Positions 38,801 through 46,689 of a stretch of DNA of 64,000 nucleotides are shown in pieces. Numbering within the stretch: the first letter of the stretch is position 1; each line of letters starts with the position of its first letter. The stretch is taken from IMG/VR virus record IMGVR_UViG_3300021962_000031. One strand, 5' to 3'. The position numbers and the translations under genes are program-made. The stretch is from a virus. The notes under the pieces are model-generated. The model was not told the origin of the DNA and did not search any database. It saw only the letters and a list, made by a program, of their open reading frames with translations.

Positions 38801-41800
38801 CTTACAACGGGCAAGACAAGAAAGACTGACTGGTTTTGGCGGCCCAGGCTCTGGAAACCCTCAATTTATAGCCAGCGCAATGGGTGGTGTTTTTGATGAC
38901 ATTCGTCGAACAGAAGAGCGAATTTCTCAAGCAACCAAAGGCGGAAATATCGCTGAACAGAATGCGGCTGCTATCCAATTGTCTTCTCTTAAAACCAAAG
39001 CGGCAGAACTCGGTCAAGCCTTGAAAAATCTTACGGATGTTTCCGAAAGAACATCACAGGCTCAAGAAAAGCTTTCAAAAATACAATCTGACCGAGAAGG
39101 CAGGCAAGCTCTTGGTCTTCGTTACGCTACAGCAAACACAGAGGGCCGAGCGGAAATAGCTTCTTCTTTTAGGTTGTTATCTGCTGCGGCTCAAATGGGT
39201 ACTGCGGCTACTTTTTCAACCAAGCAACAAAATCAAATCTTCAGTCTACTTTCTTCGTTGTCGCCCCAAATGAAATTGCCTGGTTTGGGTGGTATCAATG
39301 TAAAAGATTTGACTTCTCAATTAATGAAAACTACTTTTGGCGGAGCATTTGATCTTGACCCACAAACGGCTGCTCTTGAGCGGGCTTTAGATAATTTCGT
39401 TCAATCAAATTATGATGTCGCAGTCGAGGCATCTCGTCTACAGGTAGAGATGCAACAGAAGCTGCAAGCTGATTTCTTTTCTAGGCTTCAAAACGGACAA
39501 CAAACCTTCATAAATGAACTTTCTAGAGTTATGATGGAAAATCAAAAACTCATGCGAGAAAGTCTTCAAATGCAGGCGCAAAGTCGCCTTGAAGGTTTGG
39601 AAAAACAAGTTGGTCAATCTTCAATGCTTGGAAAAATCGGAGTTTCGACTGACGATCAATTCAAGGCTTTGAGAGATACATTGAATGATCCAAAAAATAA
39701 AAGTATTGATACTATTTTTGAGTCGGCAAAAAACCAAAGAATTGTGCAAGGCAAAACAGAAAAAGCATTAGATAACACAAAAAGTTTTGTGGATGATATA
39801 ATTGCTTTAGCTGGAAATGACTATGCTAGAGGGACAGCAAAAAGCGATGTTTCTGGAATTTTGATGAACAAATTTGGCGATATGGGATTTACTTCTCCTA
39901 TCGATCAAAAAAAATTGATGTCTTTGTTTTCCGAAAATTTAGACGAAAAAGCTGGCTATTTGTCAACCATTGGTGGAAACAAAGAGAACATCGCTGAAGC
40001 ATTTCGTTATGCAATTACCACATTTCAAAGAGAATCTAATGATCGAAACAACACCGACATATTGCAAGCCGGAAAAGATTTGCGTAACCAAGGCACTATT
40101 GATAACAAGATAATAGACAACATTATTCGGACAGCAAAAGAAAACGCAGATAATATTACTGTCAAAACATTGCGTGAATCTGTTTCTGCCGTAGGTAGCA
40201 CGAATAAGAAGTTTTCAGAGTTAAATGGCGCTCTTGACCAGGCTCGTCAACAAGTTCAGGGATTTGCTGAAGTCTTAGCTGTTAGGCCTGAAGGAAGAGC
40301 CAACGGCGGTATGATTCGTTATTTTAATAAAGGTGGTTGGGGTTCTGGCGGTAGTCTCAGCCCTCACTCTTCTGACACCGTAAACGCCAGAATTAATCCT
40401 AATGAATTTGTTGTTTCGGCAGGGCCTGCTCAAAGAAACAAAAAACTTTTGGAGCAGATAAACGCCGGTTATGCAAATGGTGGAGCAATTGAAGAAGCCA
40501 AACAAAATATTGGAAACGCTCAAAAAAATATTGGCGCAAGTACTGAAGATATTATAAATCCCGTTAAAACTATGGAGGCCGCCGAGCAAGCTCGCAAAGT
40601 AGCTCGCGCAAATTCACAAATTCTTTTCCTTCTTCAAATTAAAAACATGAACCCTGATGAGCGGTTCAAATTTGTCAACAAACAAAAAGATTGGATCAAA
40701 TCAATTTCTGGGAAAGAGACAGGCGATCAACTTGGTATCAAAGATGCTCTTGCTCAATTAATGTCAATCGAAGATCAAAAAAATAAATCTTTGAACTTTC
40801 GTGATCTTGAAAATTATCATGTTGGCAAAAGAAAAATGGGAATTGCAAAAGCAATAAAAACTTTTCCGACTAAAATTGCAGTTGATATTCCAGAAATATA
40901 TCAAGCATTAAAAAAGTTTATGGAAGCAGGAAAAGAAGCTGAAATATTTACAAATAATGTCAACGATAAATTCCGAATCGGAATTGGTTCTAGTTTGAGC
41001 GAAGTAATTCAATCAGAACCAGATTTGAAAAGACATTTATTCCTTAATAATGTTGATCGCATGGCGAATACTCTAAACGAAGATGGCACATTAAAACTTT
41101 TGGGTGACATTGATCCTCTTCGCAGAGAATATGAATCTCTTTGGACTGATACAAAAATATATGCTAAAACGGCAAAAGATTGGACATCAAGTGTCATTTT
41201 TGCAAATGACTATAATGAAATTGGAAACTTGCCTACAATTGGCGATTTGCAAGAAAAAGAAAAACGAAACATTGACAAAAAGATTCTTCAAAAGCATTAT
41301 CCTCCTGGAATTTTTGGCAAAATTTATGGCGATGCCCTTCAACGCTTAGCAATTACTGCTCCGAATGAATTTTCTGGAGACATGGATACATGGGCAAAAA
41401 AAACAGAAAAAACCAAAAAACTTGGTCTAGATTTTGATTTTGAAAAGACGATTTCGGCTCTTATTGATAAGGCTCAAAATGATTTAGTAAATCAAAAAGC
41501 AGAAGTTCAAAAGCTTGCTAAAGCTAATGACTTGGTAAAAATAATTCAGCAAGGACGAATTGGTTCATTGCAGACTCCAGAACAAGGCATCGCCAAGATT
41601 TTTGAAGAGCGCAACAATGCTCAGTTTGGCCCCAAACAAGATATGGAGTTGATGAAGCTCCAGCTTATGGCCATGGAAGCAGACGCTTTCAATAAATTAA
41701 ACCCTGGCGTTCAAACAAAACTTTTGGAGATGAAAAGGCGTCGCATCCTTGAAAACAAATTGAGTCCTGCCGAGCAAGCCCAAATGGCTGCTATGGGTCT

Positions 41801-44432
41801 GGATAAACTTATTAATTCCACCGAAGATGTGACTGGAGATGAAATTCGCGAATACGCTGCCAACCGCAACAAAATGACCTTAATACAAAGAGCAGCCCTA
41901 GATGTTTTAATGGGCAAAATTGCCGCTCAATCTCAAGGCAAATTTAACGAAGACCCAGACAGCTTGAGCGCAGTCGAAAAGGCAGCTTATCTCATTTCTG
42001 TAGATGCTGAGGGTAGATCGGCTGCTCTTGATGAATTTAACAGTCGAAAAAATGCGATGACCTTAAATCGAATCGGGATGTGGATAACTTCCAATCCTGG
42101 CGCAATAAACAATATGTTAAAAAAATCTGAAGAGAAGGGTCCTTTTGGTTATGCTAAAGATTCAGCTCTTCTTGAAATTTTGGCAAGTGCTTATGGCGCT
42201 CCGACAACTTTACCAAAAGCTTCTGATGTGTTTAAGGATAGAAGCCTAAAAAACAAACAGCAACTTGACGAAGCAGAAAAAATTAAAAACGAATTTTTGG
42301 GTCAAAAAGAAAATGCTATTGCTATTGCTCAAGCGGCTTTGGGTTCTGGTGTCACAAACGGACTTATTGAAGCCTTTAAATCTGGAAAAGGTCTTCTTGG
42401 ATTTGCTTCTGGTGGTCTAGTTCCTGGGGTTGGCAATACCGATTCTGTTCGCGCTAATTTGCCAGTTGGTAGTTATGTTGTTCGCAAGTCTTCTGTTCAA
42501 AAGCTAGGCGCAGATACTTTAGCTGCCCTTCCCCACATGGCTAGGGGCGGAGTTGTGCCAGCCATGGTTATGCCTGGTGAACATATTTTTACTCCCAGCG
42601 AAGCTTCAAAGATTGGGAAAAACAATCTTGATCATATTAACTCAACGGGGAAATTACCTGGATACGCAGATGGTGGTGATGTTGTCATCAACGGAATCAA
42701 ATACAATTTGGTTCCATCTGGTGCGGCAAAATGGGGTGGAAACCGAAATGCTCAAATGGGATTCCAACCGCAGACCGCCAAAGGAACAACTAATCCTTTA
42801 GCAAACAATAATAATAATGGCAATCTAAATGAACAACAGTTCCTCGCTATGGAAGCGATGAACCAAATGATTGGCGGTAATGGTGGAATCACCGGGGCCA
42901 AAGCTAAATTTTTCTCTCTTCGTGACGAACTAAAAAATCCAAGAAACAGAACCAAAGAAAAAATTGCTGAATTTCGACAGTTGTATGCGACTTTGACCAA
43001 TCCATTGGTTGCACAAATGGATGCGCAGCGTCAAATGCTTGGCGCTCAAGACGCATTCGCTTCTTTCCAGCAAGACCCAAAAGCCTTTATTGCTCGGTCG
43101 AAAGAGCTTCGAGCTTTGGCTATGAACACCAAAGCCTCAATGGAAGAACGCGTAGCAGCCAAAGAACAACTCAATCAAATGAACTATGCTGCTAGGTTCA
43201 TTGATCCTCGGGCACTTAGAGGCGCGGCAGCAGCAAATCAAAAAGATCAACAGATCAGACAGCAACAGCAATTTATTGCTGCCGGAAACGATCCATTGCA
43301 GGGTGGCCTGCTGCGTCTCAATCCCGCTCTCGCCAACAAAAATATGGCGCCTGCGGCAAATCCAGTAGAAGTACACAACGCAAGAGTTAGAGCTAACGAA
43401 CAAAATCAAGCCGAACCAAATCGTAAAGCAGCAGAAGTTAACCATCTCAAAAAGATGCTGGATATAGCTCAAGAAAACTACCTAAAAACTGGCGATCCGC
43501 GGTTTCTTCAAGAGATTAACAAACTCAAGAACCCAGAAAAAGTAAAAGCAGAAGAAGAAGCCGAAGCCAAACGCAAAATGGATGACTATCGCGCCAAAAA
43601 ACAAAGTGAAGAACATGGAAATGAAATTGGTCGTTGGCATGTGCGAGAAGGCATTGAAGACATCAAAGATCCAAATGGCATTAAGCGTGGAGAAGAAAAA
43701 CTAAGAAAGTTTTACGCAGAGAAAGACAAGAAAAGACAAGAGTTTGAGAGTCGGGTTTTTGCCCACGCCCCGACTTACGAAGAAAATATGCCAAAAATGC
43801 AGAAGGAATGGGACGAAAAGAACAAGGGATTTGTTGAAAACCGATTGAAAGAACTTGAAAAAGAAAGCAACGAGCGTTTCAATCGCAATCCAATGCATGC
43901 TGCGATGTATGCTCGACTGGCAGATTCTCCTTATCTTGACAAAAAAGACATTGTCAAAAAAGCGACAGGCGGCATAGTCCCTGGCGTTGGTTCTGGGGAT
44001 ACTGTTCCCGCCCTGCTTGAGCCTGGCGAACTCGTAGTACCGAAGAAGCAGGTTCAAAAGTTTGCCAACGGCGGTGTGGTGGGCGGTCTCCAAGGATTCG
44101 CCAACGGAGGAATGGCGCAAGGCGGTCCTGAGCTTCTGGACGTCGCCGCCAAGTTCAACCAAGCCGCCACCCAGATCAGCCAGGGACTATCGGGCTTCTC
44201 CACCTCGGTTAGTACCTTCAACGGGGCCGTGGCCAACTTCGGCACCTTTGTGGACAAGTTCGACGAGGCGGTGGGCAAGATTCCCGGCCAGATTGAACTG
44301 TCTGGGGCGAACGACATCTCGGTCAACCTGATGGGCCAGGACTCCATCGTCAAGGCGGTCACCGAAGCCATCGGGCCTATGATCGCCCAGGCGATTCGGG
44401 ACAACCAGCCGGTTGAGCAAAGGGCACAGTAA
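32826..44432 (+). CDS. Giant tape measure protein (3868 aa) with an internal zincin-like domain
   Basis: N-terminal TP901-type TMP core (AIEFDREM.., TRESAESIATGLRTIF.R); position after tube and chaperone genes; four GG..PG.G..D.V..GE.V modules; HEMAH at 34860-34874. Confidence 0.9.
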   Translation: MSFDITGQLNLRLASGAIRNIANEINTGLRGTTRGVSVPVRADMNNIRAVKEAISGAGTALDKFAQQSGLAFKRFAAFSSAAVPFIAVASGIRNAVTQAIEFDREMVRLRQVSVESASEVAQVGQEVTRLATAYGVSSKELIKMAVTLKQADFNIYETRDALEALAKSALAPNFDSMAQTGEGAIAVMKQFQIQAADLDKAIGSMNAVAGAFAVEAGDLIEAVRRTGGAFKATGGDLNQLLALFTSVRQTTRESAESIATGLRTIFTRIQRNDTVNALKEFGVNLRFTRQEAERAGDLGLTNQFVGAYEAIRRLSSALTQLPEADPRYSAIVEDLGGYRQISKVIPLIQQWSTTERALMVAEAGRVSLTVNASQATESYANRLTKLQESYLSLGRSLMDSNSFKVAFSGFESLAKGMLMVLEAAKPLLPMLTAMASAKLIQSIAPVAARFYQGVTYSDKGSLLARNQGGPVGFASGGLVPGVGDKDTVPSSIPSGSFVVRKSAVQKFGSENLARLGSKANVMLTPGEYVFTPDQAKKIGAPSLNQINRNGKLPGYALGGLFDYVKSYFGSPSLPDANQTAARPTVRLIDQILKQGKDPNKEAKFQQYASRLQKEAFKSGNFADLAKVIPSLADTKVEYGVSSKPLSKAYGFVDANEQKNKVYITSNLKNAPNPLSTVVHEMAHVADLAAGRKIAGKKTGRNFLSNQEGTETNTIIKKLAPLFEKGLMGMEPDEFKNTGKNKQDYIKYRLQPHEILAKSVQAMSLENPLDAFKDMQGVTKKEQAQLLALVKEVDQTFRKEVVEKMGATQPKADSGPTKKVEEARKKVASVGKQIKDAAKKVKTPDSEPVPVAVAEPAVQPMSREERLEYLKRRKAEMDAKAEADAKRDVRQAMRDEGIAPARGKRKKKEGLPAKPEVIVKEPIREILSNEKTPGGTFPENSQGYLAAHAITERMNQGRAERHKAVLPTGVAASELATVSISKATDKITGTRVAPPGLTREDRKRYEAYSSKVYAELKEARYWGFNSVKEYREFNDYFGRLDGSGPPGKGSIPTGGGGGGGGGGGEPPSPTTPSDVSPGSPPPPPKKRRGYAAFKSEMKYRELIESAMKTGNQIGAYSTEMPQFSGDQSIKFLGELRKMGGYRPQMLQESIEQNLRTNNPGMNEKGIQKVAAMQTTRIMKAAEQVSRAQERLGQVSNIREQANSRAGDIDQYFQLSRSINRLQKRADFDPEAVAEAKRLTATRQEVAKRIADNEGIDFSELGKVSKSGRVSATKSARDLLKGYRSGYESDARGATVEEARQRAILEKNQEKLQGVGISTSMDASGQVKINFRGTDSAYGAGTIPPRANINKNNLGKILNDEVQKIYNAIDPAGRGKNISDIQKKDISENAKNNVMKNYVDNVSLQIQQQYKIKDAESARLIATQKFEHALRSGAEIVVKNNQIFDADALKQGYKGGLRQKFANVFSSTQGALGNAFSSQSGFLGGQVIASYVSNALSNLAGSADNAAANDRGGSYKAARVLSGGLSGLVTGAQIGSAFGPLGAGIGAATGGLFGLVNSFKEAAQEISDAKIGLALKKTTDALSNFAKGTYALTPQNAKTIDTNFNTIDREIAAKSGRNTSYLFGLVSGSQENFQTELTKNMRESMAGQATSMMDALTKLIQDQAVRNVGNADIQDMASIRKDFDLALAQNGGIGSRLFSRVATATEQDPEMFRKTLLDMFQRSKESEVLKRRQQTSETEINRSTATFGGLSSAVEVATQRLTRMTTSLKNVSDFMDGSITPFSGSGLTEALQRPLGSDREDFMGAVRSITKTAGVAGGDVEKTADAVTVAGRLLPSIINAVRSQPVANLATGADISVQIGENLRKGLAARGIDNTSAAMVTNMVSSQLGSEDFSKMLRETGQDMGKLIQKLLGPMAEPLKQSFTEIAKNLDERGRMFAEGLSELANRTRAVGELMDKANMAEIASVRNRIQFGVRRRLISEDAADAGLFNASQNLQRARQERLTGFGGPGSGNPQFIASAMGGVFDDIRRTEERISQATKGGNIAEQNAAAIQLSSLKTKAAELGQALKNLTDVSERTSQAQEKLSKIQSDREGRQALGLRYATANTEGRAEIASSFRLLSAAAQMGTAATFSTKQQNQIFSLLSSLSPQMKLPGLGGINVKDLTSQLMKTTFGGAFDLDPQTAALERALDNFVQSNYDVAVEASRLQVEMQQKLQADFFSRLQNGQQTFINELSRVMMENQKLMRESLQMQAQSRLEGLEKQVGQSSMLGKIGVSTDDQFKALRDTLNDPKNKSIDTIFESAKNQRIVQGKTEKALDNTKSFVDDIIALAGNDYARGTAKSDVSGILMNKFGDMGFTSPIDQKKLMSLFSENLDEKAGYLSTIGGNKENIAEAFRYAITTFQRESNDRNNTDILQAGKDLRNQGTIDNKIIDNIIRTAKENADNITVKTLRESVSAVGSTNKKFSELNGALDQARQQVQGFAEVLAVRPEGRANGGMIRYFNKGGWGSGGSLSPHSSDTVNARINPNEFVVSAGPAQRNKKLLEQINAGYANGGAIEEAKQNIGNAQKNIGASTEDIINPVKTMEAAEQARKVARANSQILFLLQIKNMNPDERFKFVNKQKDWIKSISGKETGDQLGIKDALAQLMSIEDQKNKSLNFRDLENYHVGKRKMGIAKAIKTFPTKIAVDIPEIYQALKKFMEAGKEAEIFTNNVNDKFRIGIGSSLSEVIQSEPDLKRHLFLNNVDRMANTLNEDGTLKLLGDIDPLRREYESLWTDTKIYAKTAKDWTSSVIFANDYNEIGNLPTIGDLQEKEKRNIDKKILQKHYPPGIFGKIYGDALQRLAITAPNEFSGDMDTWAKKTEKTKKLGLDFDFEKTISALIDKAQNDLVNQKAEVQKLAKANDLVKIIQQGRIGSLQTPEQGIAKIFEERNNAQFGPKQDMELMKLQLMAMEADAFNKLNPGVQTKLLEMKRRRILENKLSPAEQAQMAAMGLDKLINSTEDVTGDEIREYAANRNKMTLIQRAALDVLMGKIAAQSQGKFNEDPDSLSAVEKAAYLISVDAEGRSAALDEFNSRKNAMTLNRIGMWITSNPGAINNMLKKSEEKGPFGYAKDSALLEILASAYGAPTTLPKASDVFKDRSLKNKQQLDEAEKIKNEFLGQKENAIAIAQAALGSGVTNGLIEAFKSGKGLLGFASGGLVPGVGNTDSVRANLPVGSYVVRKSSVQKLGADTLAALPHMARGGVVPAMVMPGEHIFTPSEASKIGKNNLDHINSTGKLPGYADGGDVVINGIKYNLVPSGAAKWGGNRNAQMGFQPQTAKGTTNPLANNNNNGNLNEQQFLAMEAMNQMIGGNGGITGAKAKFFSLRDELKNPRNRTKEKIAEFRQLYATLTNPLVAQMDAQRQMLGAQDAFASFQQDPKAFIARSKELRALAMNTKASMEERVAAKEQLNQMNYAARFIDPRALRGAAAANQKDQQIRQQQQFIAAGNDPLQGGLLRLNPALANKNMAPAANPVEVHNARVRANEQNQAEPNRKAAEVNHLKKMLDIAQENYLKTGDPRFLQEINKLKNPEKVKAEEEAEAKRKMDDYRAKKQSEEHGNEIGRWHVREGIEDIKDPNGIKRGEEKLRKFYAEKDKKRQEFESRVFAHAPTYEENMPKMQKEWDEKNKGFVENRLKELEKESNERFNRNPMHAAMYARLADSPYLDKKDIVKKATGGIVPGVGSGDTVPALLEPGELVVPKKQVQKFANGGVVGGLQGFANGGMAQGGPELLDVAAKFNQAATQISQGLSGFSTSVSTFNGAVANFGTFVDKFDEAVGKIPGQIELSGANDISVNLMGQDSIVKAVTEAIGPMIAQAIRDNQPVEQRAQ
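35982..36014 (+). repeat. Perfect (GGT)11 microsatellite encoding Gly11
   Basis: Read directly from the sequence. Confidence 0.95.
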
Positions 44433-45046
44433 TGGCAATCTTTACGGGAAGACTGGGTGATGTCCTTGCTGCCCCGGGTGGCCTTGTCCTAGGCTACAGC
44501 GGGGAGGCAAATTTAACCTGGCAACCCCTAAATTTGTTCCTCAAGGTCGATGAAATTCCGACCAAGAGCGTTGCCCTGCCCCTCCTTACCGTTGGCGTAT
44601 TCCAGGGTGCCGCCAAGGCACTGCCCCTTTATGTTTCTGGCAAGAACCTGACAAAGTCGCTAAATCTTTATATCTTCTGCAATCTTTCTTCAAGTCAGAG
44701 GAATATGAACCTCTTTGTGGAGGGCGGCTACAAGAAGATATCGGGTGGGGTAGACCTATTCATTACAAACGATGCCGCCGATTTGGTGGACGGCTCCCTG
44801 CCCCTTACCGTTGACGGCCCCACCTTTGGCAAGGGCTTAAATCTCGTTGTTTGGCGCACTCCTGAAGAATATTCGACCCTTCCATTAACCATCACTGGAT
44901 ATGCCCAGGAGGCTAGTGGTAGCTGTGTATTGTATTTAGCTGGCCCTGTCGGTCTCGACGGGTCGCTGGATATGGTCACAGCAGGCACTGGTGTGAATAT
45001 CAATTCTGTTGATCTGATTACTGACGGTTACAGAGGAGACATTTAA
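44432..45046 (+). CDS. Tail protein with ~13-aa LxLxxxG repeats
   Basis: LPLLTVG, LPLYVSG, MNLFVEG, LPLTVDG, LPLTITG and similar; coupled to the TMP stop codon. Confidence 0.55.
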   Translation: MAIFTGRLGDVLAAPGGLVLGYSGEANLTWQPLNLFLKVDEIPTKSVALPLLTVGVFQGAAKALPLYVSGKNLTKSLNLYIFCNLSSSQRNMNLFVEGGYKKISGGVDLFITNDAADLVDGSLPLTVDGPTFGKGLNLVVWRTPEEYSTLPLTITGYAQEASGSCVLYLAGPVGLDGSLDMVTAGTGVNINSVDLITDGYRGDI

Positions 45047-46689
45047 TGCCTGTTCTTTACGGATCACAGGGACAAGAAAAACTCCTGACACCAGCCCCTT
45101 TTGTGTCTATCTCAAATCAAATCGAGAGATTTGAAGACGGTCGTGTTAAGAAGTATTTGTTTAACATCACCCTAAAGGGTCGGATGTTGGCTTATAAAGG
45201 TGGTGTTCTTAACAACACGACTGATCCGCTTCAAGGTGCTTTGGAAGTTGTGCCTCCCAATAGTCGCCAAGCAAAAATTCAACAAAAAATTGGTCAGCTC
45301 AATGAGTTGTTCCGACCCAAATCTCCGCTTAATTCTACCGAGCGAGTGAGCCTTCAGATAACCCCATGGGATGCTTCTGGCGCAAACTCTACAATTACTT
45401 GTAACCCCCGCGTCAAATCAATTGAAATTCCAGAAGGACCATTCACGGATTATTTTGAGTACACGATCACGCTTGAAGCCGATTATTTGAAAATAGGCAC
45501 TCAAATCATAGGAATGGACGCCCAGGATGATGTGGGTGTTGAAGAGTCGTGGTCGATGGAGCCAGACGAAAAGCTCCGTAAGTACAAGCTGACACATCAA
45601 GCTTCTGCGCAAGCCACCACTCGCTGGATTGACGCCCCTTTCAATCGCATGGTCAACGGCTACGAGATAGCCCGCAGGGCCGTCTTAAAAAAACTGTCAT
45701 CTGATGCCGCGCTTGATGACAACACACTTTACTCCCAGCCCCCCTCCGCAAAATTAAAGCTGAATAATCTTCCAGCTGGCATGTCTTATTTTGGTTTGGG
45801 CGGATCGCTAGCCAACGCGTTCAGCGAATCTGCGGCTTCTGGTTCTGATACGGTTCGCGCTTACGATGCAGTCAGAACAATCACAGTAGATGAGGCGGGT
45901 GGCAAGTTCACCGTTTCAGAAAGCTGGACAATTGTAGATTTGGCCGTTGTCAACCCAGACGATCTCGGGGCAAAGGATGGCTCAAATTACATACCAGCCC
46001 TTGAAGAGTTTACCGTCAACATTCGGGACAATGCGGAAAGCGTGTCAAAATCGGTAACAATCGATGGAACCATAACTGCTTTACGGCGCAATCAGTCTGG
46101 TGCTTTTGAGAACCCACAAAATTTTTATCAATTCGCAAAGAAAAAATGGGACAATTTGTCTGCGACAAACTACGCCTTGATTCGTCAACGCGTGGTCGCT
46201 TTTGTGCCTGGTGAATTTTTGGCAGCAAAGCCAAATCAGGTTACCGTTGGACACAATAAAATTGCCGGTACTATTACTTACAATTTAGAATATAATAATC
46301 TATATCGTCCTAGTAGGTTTGCTGACGCAAAATTCTTCCATGTGAACTGGACTGACAATGGTGGGACGCCTTTGTTTGCGGCCATCGATGTAATGGGTCG
46401 TGTAGATAGCGCAAATCCTCAAGGTAAGGGGCCAGTATTTCAAAATCTGTTAAATACCACAAAAATGACAAGAGATATTAGTGTTGAAGCCGTGATGGGA
46501 ACAGTCAATCAAACAAATGGTCTTCCATTAAGACCAGTAAGAGACGATGTCTTTTTTGCGCTTAAGGAAATGAATTTGATACCAAACACTACCTTATATC
46601 CTAAATTATTTGTTGAAAAACTGACTGAAGGTTTTGACTACACGACTGGCCGTTACAACTTTAGCGTGACATATGCCTACGGAAAGTGA
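45046..46689 (+). CDS. Distal tail/baseplate protein
   Basis: Position after the TMP; repeated tube-like beta motifs (ITLKG/VTIDG, EESWS/SESWT, Y...Y). Confidence 0.5.
   Translation: MPVLYGSQGQEKLLTPAPFVSISNQIERFEDGRVKKYLFNITLKGRMLAYKGGVLNNTTDPLQGALEVVPPNSRQAKIQQKIGQLNELFRPKSPLNSTERVSLQITPWDASGANSTITCNPRVKSIEIPEGPFTDYFEYTITLEADYLKIGTQIIGMDAQDDVGVEESWSMEPDEKLRKYKLTHQASAQATTRWIDAPFNRMVNGYEIARRAVLKKLSSDAALDDNTLYSQPPSAKLKLNNLPAGMSYFGLGGSLANAFSESAASGSDTVRAYDAVRTITVDEAGGKFTVSESWTIVDLAVVNPDDLGAKDGSNYIPALEEFTVNIRDNAESVSKSVTIDGTITALRRNQSGAFENPQNFYQFAKKKWDNLSATNYALIRQRVVAFVPGEFLAAKPNQVTVGHNKIAGTITYNLEYNNLYRPSRFADAKFFHVNWTDNGGTPLFAAIDVMGRVDSANPQGKGPVFQNLLNTTKMTRDISVEAVMGTVNQTNGLPLRPVRDDVFFALKEMNLIPNTTLYPKLFVEKLTEGFDYTTGRYNFSVTYAYGK

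Noticed and set aside
32826-44432. Intein in the giant TMP
   Set aside because: No Cys-start/His-Asn-end splice motifs or LAGLIDADG blocks were seen.
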